From assembly GCA_964419095.1 (NCBI GenBank), contig CAYQOG010000002.1, positions 1 through 50,356 on the forward strand: DNA of 50,356 nucleotides, given 5' to 3'. The DNA comes from Candidatus Micrarchaeota archaeon. Its GTDB lineage: Archaea > Micrarchaeota > Micrarchaeia > Micrarchaeales > CABMGC01. Of the stretch, positions 23,845-32,424 are shown piece by piece; position 1 is the stretch's first letter; every line of letters starts with the position of its first letter. Below the pieces are notes generated by a model. That model had not been told where the DNA came from. It did no database searches and saw only the letters and a program-made list of their open reading frames with translations. The translations under genes were made by a program, and so were the position numbers.

Positions 23845-26058
23845 TTATTTTGTAAGTATATCCAACGACAGGGTGCGCTCTCTTCCTCCTGCAATCTTGA
23901 ATACCTTAGTTTCGCGCTTCTTCTCTCCTATGACTAGCATTCTGTATTCCCTATCCTGCATCAAGCCTTCCACAATCACCACTCCGTCCTTATCCGTCCT
24001 GCCCTTGAAGACTCTCTCACCAACATAGAGTAGTTCAATTGCAGCATCAGTTTTTGGCTTTTCCTCCTGATCGAGGATCTTTATTCTAGTGGTTGGCTGC
24101 TTTATAGGAGAAGGTTGCTCATCGTTCTTCGGTTCATCAGCTGCCTCTAATTCATAATGGAGTGCGCTCACGAAGACAGAGCTATTTGGTATTCTCACCC
24201 TTCCCTCTATCGTTACGTAGCTGACCGCACAGACTCCCTGGCGCATGCTCTTGAGCCTCTCCACTGCCAATTTACCTTCCTCTTCCCTGAATATCAGGTC
24301 TGCGCATGCGCACTTTGCCGAATCGGCGCTCTGCCTGAAATAGAACTTGTTCTGGCAGAGCCTCCTTATCCCAAGGCTGATATCCGTTGCGCTGTGCGCT
24401 ATCAGCATAAGGCCAACTCCCTTCTTCCTGAAGTCCTGTATCCTTTGCCCCAGGTCAAGCGTTGCCGCAGATTCCTCATCGCTGTCGAGCATCAGTTGCG
24501 CTTCCTCCGCACAGATAAGCATCCTCAACTCATCGTTTCCCTTCTCGTCAAGCATCTCCGCGAAGCTGTATATCTGGTTGAGTATCAGTGCATAGAAAAA
24601 GGGCTTCATGCTGTTGCTTACTCTTGAGAGGTCGAAGATGACTCCCTGCTCAATGAGCTCTGAGAAATCAATTCCGTCAGGATAAGCGAACTGCGGTTTC
24701 ATGAGCATAAGCCGCAGGTTCTGCAATGCAGCCATGGTGTTCTCACCGTGTTTCGTGAACTTCACGCCCGCATTGCTTCTCTTTCCATGCTGTTCTATTA
24801 CCGCGTTCTCAATCTCATCATAGACATATGCGGGATCCGGAGCAGCCGTGGAGCTGTAGACTCTGCCAAATGCAGACAGGAGGCACTTCTCCATAGTCTT
24901 CGTGTAGGGCCCTGCGCCTGATGCATACGACACAAGCATCGCAAGATTCTCGTAGAACCTCTCTATCTTTGTGCCGGAGTCGCACTTGAAGAAGTTTATG
25001 CGTACATGGTTCTCGTAGACGCGCACTACCTTCAGCCCCATCGAATTTCCGATGGCATTCCATTCCCCCGTAGGAGAGATCACTACTATTCCACTCTTCT
25101 GCTTTGCGGCAAGCTGCTTCACTATCCTCATTGCCGTCATGGTCTTTCCTGTTCCCGGCAGTCCCGATATTATCGTGCCAAGGTTGAGCACAGCCCTATC
25201 AAGGCAGAGGCTCTCACCGGTTCCTGTCAATGAGCCGTGGAGATACTCGCCTATGTGTATATCACCGTCGGTTCCGTGATATTGGGTCATTATCGCCTGC
25301 CTCCTCTCTATCCTGCCGGAGAAAACAAGAAAACCTGCAGCATTCGCGTGTGAAAAAGGAAGTGAATAATGACCCATTGCAAAGGCATATGCCTGCTCCG
25401 AGTCTTTCAGTGATATCTTTCTCTCTTCAAGCGTGAAGAGTCTCGACTTTATGTAATCGTGCAGCCTGGCATCCCCGTCAATAACCAGGCTCACGTTGTA
25501 CGCTGCCCCGTTCTTCATAGATGCGTCGTTGAGAGTCTCAAGAAGCGAGAGTAGCATTCTCCTTTCATCCGATTCATAGAATAGTTCCATTTGCATAGAA
25601 TCGGATGTGCCGATGCTGCTCCTGCTCGAAGCGCTCTTCGTGAGTCTTATCCCCTTGCTGCTCGCCATTCCCTCTATCCTGCTCCTTACGCTCTCCACAT
25701 GCTCCCTGCCTGCCGGGGTGAAAAAGACAATGAGCCTTGAATCTGTTCCTCTCAGTATCATGTAAAGGTCGCTGAGCGCCCCCTGTATCTTTTTCTCTTT
25801 GTCTAACTGCGGCTCCGCATATCCTACGAAATAGGAACTAAATCGCATCGCTATTGCCTGCTCCGTTTCCTTAAAATCTATCCCTGCAAGCCTCGCCTTG
25901 AGCCTCGCTATCGCATCAGAATCCTCCGTCACGAGCAATGTCCTCATTTCCTTGAGGTCATGGCAGATCATGAAAGGAGAGCCAAGCATAGCGTCTACAA
26001 AGCCCTTGAGGTCAAGTTCCTCGGGAAGGGAAACTATCTCAAAAGAATGCAGCATCAT
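23845..26058 (-). CDS. HerA/VirB4-clade (DUF87-like) P-loop ATPase with an unknown N-domain and a C-terminal beta-sandwich-like module
   Basis: 737 aa. Motifs found:
- Walker A: GLPGTGKT.
- VVISPTGEW (compare HerA DPHGEY).
- Walker B: LICAEEAQ (compare EEAH).
- GLMLIAHSATDIS.
- C-terminal KGRTDKDGVVIVEGLMQDREYRMLVIG, resembling carboxypeptidase-regulatory-like domains.
GAGGTGAT SD lies upstream. Confidence 0.85.
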   Translation of the reverse strand: MMLHSFEIVSLPEELDLKGFVDAMLGSPFMICHDLKEMRTLLVTEDSDAIARLKARLAGIDFKETEQAIAMRFSSYFVGYAEPQLDKEKKIQGALSDLYMILRGTDSRLIVFFTPAGREHVESVRSRIEGMASSKGIRLTKSASSRSSIGTSDSMQMELFYESDERRMLLSLLETLNDASMKNGAAYNVSLVIDGDARLHDYIKSRLFTLEERKISLKDSEQAYAFAMGHYSLPFSHANAAGFLVFSGRIERRQAIMTQYHGTDGDIHIGEYLHGSLTGTGESLCLDRAVLNLGTIISGLPGTGKTMTAMRIVKQLAAKQKSGIVVISPTGEWNAIGNSMGLKVVRVYENHVRINFFKCDSGTKIERFYENLAMLVSYASGAGPYTKTMEKCLLSAFGRVYSSTAAPDPAYVYDEIENAVIEQHGKRSNAGVKFTKHGENTMAALQNLRLMLMKPQFAYPDGIDFSELIEQGVIFDLSRVSNSMKPFFYALILNQIYSFAEMLDEKGNDELRMLICAEEAQLMLDSDEESAATLDLGQRIQDFRKKGVGLMLIAHSATDISLGIRRLCQNKFYFRQSADSAKCACADLIFREEEGKLAVERLKSMRQGVCAVSYVTIEGRVRIPNSSVFVSALHYELEAADEPKNDEQPSPIKQPTTRIKILDQEEKPKTDAAIELLYVGERVFKGRTDKDGVVIVEGLMQDREYRMLVIGEKKRETKVFKIAGGRERTLSLDILTK

Positions 26059-26062
26059 CCAA

Positions 26063-26341
26063 TCACCTCAACGCTAAAATAACAAGCAGAAACACGACCA
26101 GATTCGCCATGGCGAGAACGTAGACCTGCCTTATGTCGGCTTTGGGCATACTACTGCTGTATCTTGAGCCTATGTACATTACGATCGCAGAAAAGAGCAT
26201 CGCCGGAATCGCCAAAGCGACAATTCCAAGAACAAAAGAGACAACTGCAATCGAAGAGAATACCCCAAGTGTTGCAAATAAAATCAAAAGGTACCTTCCG
26301 CTTCTTCCGTGTCCCTCGTATATGCTCCTTCCTACATTCAT
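26063..26341 (-). CDS. small membrane protein (92 aa, 2-3 TM)
   Basis: MNVGRSIYEGHGRSGRYLLILFATLGVFSSIAVVSFVLGIVALAIPAMLFSAIVMYIG...VYVLAMANLVVFLLVILALR. GGTGGTGAT SD lies upstream. Its start overlaps the upstream stop (ATGA), and its stop is 4 nt before the ATPase start. Confidence 0.6.
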   Translation of the reverse strand: MNVGRSIYEGHGRSGRYLLILFATLGVFSSIAVVSFVLGIVALAIPAMLFSAIVMYIGSRYSSSMPKADIRQVYVLAMANLVVFLLVILALR

Positions 26342-26529
26342 CCTATCACCACCTTCACTGAAAAAGCTATGAGCAAGAGGAGGAGCAGGGCTGCGCATCG
26401 CACAACTATCGCGTCTACGGGCCTGCCAGGCCTGAAGACCCTTAGCAATATTACCGCGTCGATGAGTATGACCGCCGCCATTGCGCTTGCCTCTATAACT
26501 GCTATTGCCAAGCTGGATACAAAGTCCAT
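26338..26529 (-). CDS. small membrane protein (63 aa, 2 TM)
   Basis: MDFVSSLAIAVIEASAMAAVILIDAVILLRVFRPGRPVDAIVVRCAALLLLLLIAFSVKVVIG has two hydrophobic helices separated by a basic loop. AAGGAG SD lies 5 nt upstream of the ATG. Confidence 0.55.
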   Translation of the reverse strand: MDFVSSLAIAVIEASAMAAVILIDAVILLRVFRPGRPVDAIVVRCAALLLLLLIAFSVKVVIG

Positions 26530-26627
26530 TCCGACTCCTTCCCCGGCTGTGCTGGCTGCACCAAGAATGAGAACAATTAATATGCGTTGGAAGAATATAT
26601 AGCCTTTTCGTTTTATTATTATTCAAG

Positions 26628-28304
26628 TTGATCAACATTCCAGCCAAAACGAATCTCTGTCCTGGCTGCGGCCATCCATACTCGGCGCACAAAGATGGAA
26701 AATGCGGCGTAGTCTTTCCAAACGGACAGCGATGCGCGTGCCAGAGCTCCAAGCCCGAGAAAGGGATGGCTAAAAAACCGATGGACGCCTTCCTTGCCGC
26801 AGCGCTCATAGTGACGGTGATATTCGCAATCTACTGGATGGCGTTTGCTGCTAATGCATACAACACATTCCACGAGTACGACGACCTTGGCATATTTGCG
26901 CACAACATGTACTTGGATATCAACTATCCGGGCATAATGGGAGGTGCGCTCCAATTCCTCATATTTGGCAACCACATAGCGCCTGATCAGTTGCTTGTGC
27001 TCCCATTTTTCTACTTGGACCAGTCCGCGCTCACGCTCCTTGCGGTGCAGGTGGCAGTTCTCTCGGCAGCAGGCCTTGCGGTCTTCATAACTGCAAGGAG
27101 ACTGTTGGGAAACCAGAAAGTCGCGTTTATGCTCTTCCTCGCGTTCATACTGAATCCCGGCGTTTGGGGCATGCTTGTCTACGATTACCACACCGAGGCT
27201 TTCATAATACTGTTCTATGTCATGGCGTTCTACTTCTTCATGACGCTCAACAAGAAGCTCTTCATAGTCTCGCTCCTGCTCCTTCTGGGAACCATAGAAC
27301 AGGGACCGTTCCTCGGCGCCACGCTCGGGATGGGGATGCTTTTCTATTCACTCCTCTACGCGGAAAAGGACGCGAACAGGAAGCCGAGGATAATGCTTGC
27401 AGCCTCTGGAATAGGCATCTCGCTGCTTGTCTTCGTGATCTATAATATCATATCTATTACGCTCCTTGGAGCATATCCGACTCCTGCCTTTGCGCAGCTG
27501 CCGCCATACCTGCGCGTTGACGCGCCGATAGGCAGCGCAGTTTCGCAACTTGCGTCGGGCGGGCATGCGCTCGCTGCAATACCATACCTGCTTGTGAACC
27601 CTTACTCCCTCTACGGGATCACAGTTGCCCTGCTGCTCTTCGGCATAGCAGTATTCTTTGATCCTCTCCTTACGCTGATAATGGCCGCTCCCTATCTCTA
27701 CGAGGCGTATGTTGTGCAGAACCACTACTTCCTCGTGGTCTTCAACCAGTACTACGGATTTGTGATAGGCTGCGTATTCGCAGGCGCGGTCATCGGCCTG
27801 ATGAGGGCGCAGAAGAAGCAGGGCATCCTCGGAAGGCTCATCAGCAGGCGCGATAATGGCGGCCGAACGCTCACATACCTTGTCATGGGCTCGATAGGGA
27901 TAGTGACCGTCATACTGCTGGTCCTGTATCCGACGTTCGTGGTCTCGAAGAACACGAACAACCTGACGCAGGACTTCCTCTTCCAGAAAGGCACGGTGAC
28001 GCAGGCTGACTCTGCCCAGATAGACTCAATGCTCGCGCTGATTCCAAAGAACGCCAGCCTTATAGCGCCCTTTTTCGTTTCTTCGCACGTCGCTGACAGG
28101 GAATACTTCGAGGACACTGGATACACTATGGTGCAGTGGTACTTCACTCCACAGTACCTTCTCGTGGACACCAATCTCAATGTGAGCCTTAACGCCTATG
28201 TTGGAGTGGCACAGCTAGTGAACTTCAGCAAGAATAATACGTATGCTTACTATGGCCGCAACGGCAGCGCCATACTCTTCAAGTACGTACCCCAGGGCAG
28301 CTAA
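26628..28304 (+). CDS. DUF2079-family polytopic membrane protein, possibly with an N-terminal Cys-rich extension
   Basis: NTFHEYDDLGIFAHNMY...GNHIAPDQLLVLPFFY resembles the DUF2079 signature (F.LGIF.Q..W...G.HFSPIL), and many TM segments follow. The start is uncertain: TTG at 26628 would include CPGCGHPYSAHKDGKCGVVFPNGQRCAC, and ATG at 26766 would not. Confidence 0.75.
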   Translation: MINIPAKTNLCPGCGHPYSAHKDGKCGVVFPNGQRCACQSSKPEKGMAKKPMDAFLAAALIVTVIFAIYWMAFAANAYNTFHEYDDLGIFAHNMYLDINYPGIMGGALQFLIFGNHIAPDQLLVLPFFYLDQSALTLLAVQVAVLSAAGLAVFITARRLLGNQKVAFMLFLAFILNPGVWGMLVYDYHTEAFIILFYVMAFYFFMTLNKKLFIVSLLLLLGTIEQGPFLGATLGMGMLFYSLLYAEKDANRKPRIMLAASGIGISLLVFVIYNIISITLLGAYPTPAFAQLPPYLRVDAPIGSAVSQLASGGHALAAIPYLLVNPYSLYGITVALLLFGIAVFFDPLLTLIMAAPYLYEAYVVQNHYFLVVFNQYYGFVIGCVFAGAVIGLMRAQKKQGILGRLISRRDNGGRTLTYLVMGSIGIVTVILLVLYPTFVVSKNTNNLTQDFLFQKGTVTQADSAQIDSMLALIPKNASLIAPFFVSSHVADREYFEDTGYTMVQWYFTPQYLLVDTNLNVSLNAYVGVAQLVNFSKNNTYAYYGRNGSAILFKYVPQGS

Positions 28305-28311
28305 CTGGGAA

Positions 28312-29010
28312 TCACTTCTTCTCCTTCCTTGCGTATTCCTCCTTTACCGCGACCTTGCTTACCTTGGGCAGGTATTCTAGGATAGCGTTAACGGCAGCAG
28401 TCTTGTTCATGAAGTAATTAGCGTCCTTATCGACTTTGTCGCCGAATGAGATCTCCGCAATACTCCCATTCACTGCAATGCTGTCCGCCTTCGCACCTGC
28501 CATCTCCACGATCGCAGCTATCCTCTCCTTCTCATCGTCAACCTTTGCAACGATCTTGAGCTCGTAGGTTATCTTCTCGCCGGCAAGCGGATGGTTCGCG
28601 TCCACTGTTACGCGACCTGAATTCACCGCAGTTATAACGGCTGCCGTGCCATCAAGGTCGATCTGCAGGCCAGGTACTGGATCGATGTCCCTCTTCCTGA
28701 AATCAGATGCGTGCATGACTCTTACAAGCTCTGGGTTCCTTTCCCCGAAGGCTTCAGCAGGTTCTACGTCAACTTTCTTGGTTTCGTTGACATTCATCCC
28801 CCTGATGGCCTTCTCAAGGCCCTTGATTACTGTGTTCTTGCCTATTATCACAAGGCTCGGGCCGTATGCCCTTTCCTTGTTGTAAATGTCGTTCTCCTCC
28901 GCCTTGTTCTTCTGGGTAGTGTAGACCATGGTGCCATCAGAGGCTCGCCACGCGCTATACTCGACCTTTATGAAATCTCCATCATTGAAGCTCACAGCAT
29001 CACCATTCAT
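28312..29010 (-). CDS. FKBP-type peptidyl-prolyl cis-trans isomerase (archaeal long type with an insert-in-flap domain)
   Basis: GDFIKVEY.., VIIGKNTVIKGLEKAIRGMNVNETKKVDVEPAEAFGERNPELV and VDANHPLAGEKITYELKIV. The ATG at 29010 is preferred over the longer ORF. Confidence 0.85.
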   Translation of the reverse strand: MNGDAVSFNDGDFIKVEYSAWRASDGTMVYTTQKNKAEENDIYNKERAYGPSLVIIGKNTVIKGLEKAIRGMNVNETKKVDVEPAEAFGERNPELVRVMHASDFRKRDIDPVPGLQIDLDGTAAVITAVNSGRVTVDANHPLAGEKITYELKIVAKVDDEKERIAAIVEMAGAKADSIAVNGSIAEISFGDKVDKDANYFMNKTAAVNAILEYLPKVSKVAVKEEYARKEKK

Positions 29011-29149
29011 TGCCTTCGAGGTTACAAAGCTAGATTCAGATAAATGCCCAAACCGAAAGCATATTAATTCTGTAACATAAGGTATAAAAATGATGTTGCA
29101 GCAAGCGAGCTCGAGCCCTCTCCGCAATCGCACCAATCAGTGATTAAAA

Positions 29150-29770
29150 ATGGAAAAGAACAAGATTGTCAAATTCCTCTTTGCCCTGTTCATAGCCGTG
29201 ATATTCATAGTATCCTATTCAACTGTATTCTCAAGTACCGCGGTCTCAACTTCAACCACCACTGCAAAGCAGAGCGGCCCGACAACCTTCGCGAGCGGCA
29301 CCTCAAATGCCACTGTGACTGGATATGCGCCGCAGATGAATATATCCGTGAAATGCTCCAATTCACTGGAAACCGCGGCTGTATTCTTGCAAGTCTCGAA
29401 CAGCATAACGGATCTTGAGGCGAACAACTCCGTCTCCATATTCTACCCCCTCCATTACAACATCACTGTGCAGGCCGGCAACAGCAACACGCTGCAGATA
29501 TACTCATATGAATACTCCAGGATGAACGCGAGCGCAGTCCAGTGCACTGCCTTCGCCACGGGGCAGGTGGTCGAACTGCCGCAGAAAATAACCCTCGTTG
29601 TTCAGAACCAGAAGCTCCCGATAACCCTCCAGAACGACAGCAGAAGCTACATCCTGCCGACGACGCTCACGCAGAACATGAGCAGCCTTGTCCATGTGAA
29701 GATAGCCGCATTGGTGACGCAGACCGGAGCCCTTTACGGCAACCTGAGCGTTACGCGAGCGCAGGTGTGA
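29150..29770 (+). CDS. hypothetical secreted or membrane-anchored glycoprotein
   Basis: 206 aa. The N-terminal hydrophobic segment is FLFALFIAVIFIVSYSTVF. The rest is Ser/Thr-rich with many N-x-S/T sequons. GTGAT SD lies upstream. Confidence 0.6.
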   Translation: MEKNKIVKFLFALFIAVIFIVSYSTVFSSTAVSTSTTTAKQSGPTTFASGTSNATVTGYAPQMNISVKCSNSLETAAVFLQVSNSITDLEANNSVSIFYPLHYNITVQAGNSNTLQIYSYEYSRMNASAVQCTAFATGQVVELPQKITLVVQNQKLPITLQNDSRSYILPTTLTQNMSSLVHVKIAALVTQTGALYGNLSVTRAQV

Positions 29771-29772
29771 TC

Positions 29773-31449
29773 GTGTCAATAAACAATGCTGCAAAGGAGC
29801 TGATAAGGAAGCTGGCGATAAAGAACGCGATAGACTACGGAAGCGCAAGGGAAGGCCCGATAACAGCAAAGGTCCTTTCAAAATATCCTGAACTGAAATC
29901 AAATATGAAGGAGCTGGCGCAAGCGGTAGCGGAGATAAACGCCGAGGTAAATTCGCTACCAAAGAGCGAACTCCAAAAAGCCTACGAAAAGCATGCCGAA
30001 GAATTCAAGCAGGCAGCCGCGGAGAAGGCAGAGAGATCCGCAAAGCACAATTTCAGCATAGAAGGCGCTGAGAAAGCAGATTTCGTCACAAGGTTTCCTC
30101 CCGAGCCGGGTGGCTACATGCACATAGGCCATACGAAGGCGCTCTTCATAGAGGATGAACTGAGAAGGGTATACAAAGGAAAACTGATGCTCTACTTCGA
30201 CGACACGAACCCGGACAACGAGAAGCAGGAATTCGTAGATGCGTTCAAGGAGGACTTCAAATGGCTGGGAGTCAGTTTTGACGGCGAATATTACGCTAGC
30301 GACCAGATACCTCTCCTCTACAAGTACGCCGCCGAAGCGATAAAGAAGGGCGGAGCGTACGTCTGCACATGCTCTGCAGAGGAGATAAAGGAAAAGAGGC
30401 TCGGCGGGGAGGCATGCAAGCATAAGAAAGGGAGCACTGCCGAGAATGAAAAACAATGGAACCGCATGATAGAGGATGATTTCGGGGACGGAGAGGCAAT
30501 AGTAAGGCTAAATGGAGACATGAAGGCTGTCAATACTACGATGCGCGACCCTACTCTCTTCCGCATAAAGCACGCGCAGCATTACAGGCAGGGCAACAAG
30601 TACTTCGTCTGGCCTACATACGATTTCTGCACGCCCATTACCGATTCGATAAAAGGAATAAGCGACGTACTTAGGAGCAAGGAGTACGAGATGCGCGACG
30701 AACTTTACTTCGCTGTTCTAGATCTGCTTGCATTGAGGAAGCCGAGGATAACAAGCTTCTCAAGGCTTGAGATAGCAAATAACGTGACTTCGAAGAGGTT
30801 GGTCAGGGAGCTGATCCATCAGAAACTTATAAGCGGATGGGACGACCCGCGTCTGGTAACTATAAGCGCGCTCAGGAGGAGGGGAATAGGGGCGGAAGCG
30901 GTAAGGGAGTTTGCCCTCAGTTTCGGAATGGGCAAATCGGAGAGCGTGGTTGGAATAACAGCGCTCCTCAACATAAACAGGAAGCTTGTAGAGGCAAACG
31001 CGAAGCGCCTTTCCATAATAGTCGACCCAGTGAAGCTTGATGTAGACAATGTACCTGAGGATTCGAGTTACAAGGCAAATGGAGAACTCTTTATAAATGC
31101 TCCAGATTCAAAGCTACTTCGGACAGGCGACACAGTCCGGCTCAAAGACGCTTTCAATGTGACAGTCAAGAGCGTCGGCAAAGCCATAAATGCAGAATAC
31201 GACTCCGGCGAACCAGGAAACATTCCACGGATCCCGTGGATAACGAGGAAAGATGCTGTGAAATGCGAGCTGTTGCATATAGGCGATCTTCTCAAGGGCG
31301 AGGAGTTCAACAATGAGAGCATAACCAGCATAGAAGGCTTCGCCGAGCCGCATGCAACGACACTGAAAAACGGTGATCTTGTCCAATTCGACAAGCAGGG
31401 GTTGTTCAGGCTTGACAACAAGGAGAGGATGTCGTTCCTCTCGTTATAA
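29773..31449 (+). CDS. gltX: glutamyl-tRNA synthetase (archaeal/eukaryotic type)
   Basis: Class I HIGH motif in PEPGGYMHIGHTKA, followed by RFDDTNP-like YFDDTNPDNE. The length (558 aa) is typical. A GTG start at 29773 is preceded by AGGTGTGATC. The 29542 ORF extension overlaps the upstream gene and is rejected. Confidence 0.9.
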   Translation: MSINNAAKELIRKLAIKNAIDYGSAREGPITAKVLSKYPELKSNMKELAQAVAEINAEVNSLPKSELQKAYEKHAEEFKQAAAEKAERSAKHNFSIEGAEKADFVTRFPPEPGGYMHIGHTKALFIEDELRRVYKGKLMLYFDDTNPDNEKQEFVDAFKEDFKWLGVSFDGEYYASDQIPLLYKYAAEAIKKGGAYVCTCSAEEIKEKRLGGEACKHKKGSTAENEKQWNRMIEDDFGDGEAIVRLNGDMKAVNTTMRDPTLFRIKHAQHYRQGNKYFVWPTYDFCTPITDSIKGISDVLRSKEYEMRDELYFAVLDLLALRKPRITSFSRLEIANNVTSKRLVRELIHQKLISGWDDPRLVTISALRRRGIGAEAVREFALSFGMGKSESVVGITALLNINRKLVEANAKRLSIIVDPVKLDVDNVPEDSSYKANGELFINAPDSKLLRTGDTVRLKDAFNVTVKSVGKAINAEYDSGEPGNIPRIPWITRKDAVKCELLHIGDLLKGEEFNNESITSIEGFAEPHATTLKNGDLVQFDKQGLFRLDNKERMSFLSL

Positions 31450-31458
31450 GGGGATGCT

Positions 31459-32121
31459 TTGGTAAATGCTGTTTTGGATAGAGAGAAGGCTCCTGTGAAG
31501 GAGGCGGACGAGCATCACGGCACCGTCGACGGAATACTCAAGGACATAATAAGGCAGACCTGGAAGGAAGGCGTTGGAGTCAGGAAGGACAGCAAGGAGG
31601 CAGTGACTGATCTGGATGAGCACGTATTGAACATGCGAAAGCTCCTCAATGGTTATAATTACGAGGCCAGGGGAATGCCCCTGGTAGCCGCAAACTCCTC
31701 TCGGATGAGCAAGGAGGATAGGAGGCAATACCTGGCTAACATAGAAGCGATAGCGATAGGCTACGGGAACCTCCTGGGATCGGACCTGACCACTCTTATT
31801 CTACTGGGCTTGCCGCAGGTCGCGAAGGACCACGGCTCAGCCTCACGTTATACCTCGATACTCATGAATGACCTGGAGAACAGGCAGCACGCGTACAGGA
31901 GGCGCGTCATAAGGGAGGGAGTAGAAGTGGAAAAGGCGGCAACGAAGATAGTCAGGCACAGCTCCGGGATACTGAGATTCTTCAGGCGAGGCAAGATTAC
32001 GGTTCTCAAGAAGGGGCTCGAGAGAAGGTCGTCAAGGATAAGAAAGCTCGAGGCGAAGGCCGACAGGTATTACTACCTCCTCCAGAAAGTCAAGGAAAGA
32101 TCGGGAAAGCCTGGCAAATAG
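31459..32121 (+). CDS. hypothetical protein (220 aa)
   Basis: The ORF has host-like codon usage and starts 10 nt after the gltX stop. The only in-frame start near the 5' end is a TTG, preceded by GGGGAT. No motif recognised. Confidence 0.45.
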   Translation: MVNAVLDREKAPVKEADEHHGTVDGILKDIIRQTWKEGVGVRKDSKEAVTDLDEHVLNMRKLLNGYNYEARGMPLVAANSSRMSKEDRRQYLANIEAIAIGYGNLLGSDLTTLILLGLPQVAKDHGSASRYTSILMNDLENRQHAYRRRVIREGVEVEKAATKIVRHSSGILRFFRRGKITVLKKGLERRSSRIRKLEAKADRYYYLLQKVKERSGKPGK

Positions 32122-32187
32122 CTAATTGATAACCAAAAGAGTACGCTAAAGCAAATCTTTATAAATTTATAGATTTATAAATGTAGT

Positions 32188-32424
32188 ATGAAAACCATCG
32201 CAGTATCCAAGACCACTTTCAAAAGATTAGCAAAACTAAAGGAGGAATTCGATACGCCTAATATGGACGAAGCACTTGAGAGACTGATAGAAAACTACGG
32301 CATGCTTCTAAAAAGGATTTCGCTCAAGAAGCTACTCGAACTTAACAAGACGGAGGCAAAGATAGAAATAAAGGAGTTGCTGGAAGACAGGAGGAGATAC
32401 GGATGGCCGAGAAATCTATCCTAG
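32188..32424 (+). CDS. vapB: antitoxin (VapB-like)
   Basis: 78 aa. MKTIAVSKTTFKRLAKLKEE has an RHH/AbrB-like start. It overlaps the downstream PIN gene by 22 nt, and the DNA is AT-rich. Confidence 0.65.
   Translation: MKTIAVSKTTFKRLAKLKEEFDTPNMDEALERLIENYGMLLKRISLKKLLELNKTEAKIEIKELLEDRRRYGWPRNLS

Noticed and set aside
26342-26809. Upstream two thirds of the 248-aa minus-strand ORF 26063-26809.
   Set aside because: The long ORF runs through the divergent promoter and into the DUF2079 gene on the other strand. Its N-terminal part is Arg/Gly/Cys/His-rich. Only the last 92 codons are membrane-protein-like, with their own SD and an ATGA overlap with the upstream 63-aa ORF.
29088-29150. Possible C/D-box sRNA (ATGATGT ... 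CAGTGA) or a 17-codon uORF upstream of the secreted-protein gene.
   Set aside because: The C box is imperfect, there are no D'/C' boxes, the putative D box is CAGUGA rather than CUGA, and there is no terminal stem.
29542-29772. 77-codon N-terminal extension of the GluRS ORF.
   Set aside because: It overlaps the 3' end of the upstream secreted-protein gene in another frame, is Arg/Pro/Ala-rich, and lacks similarity to GluRS N-termini. The GTG at 29773 has an SD, and the protein then begins like archaeal GluRS.
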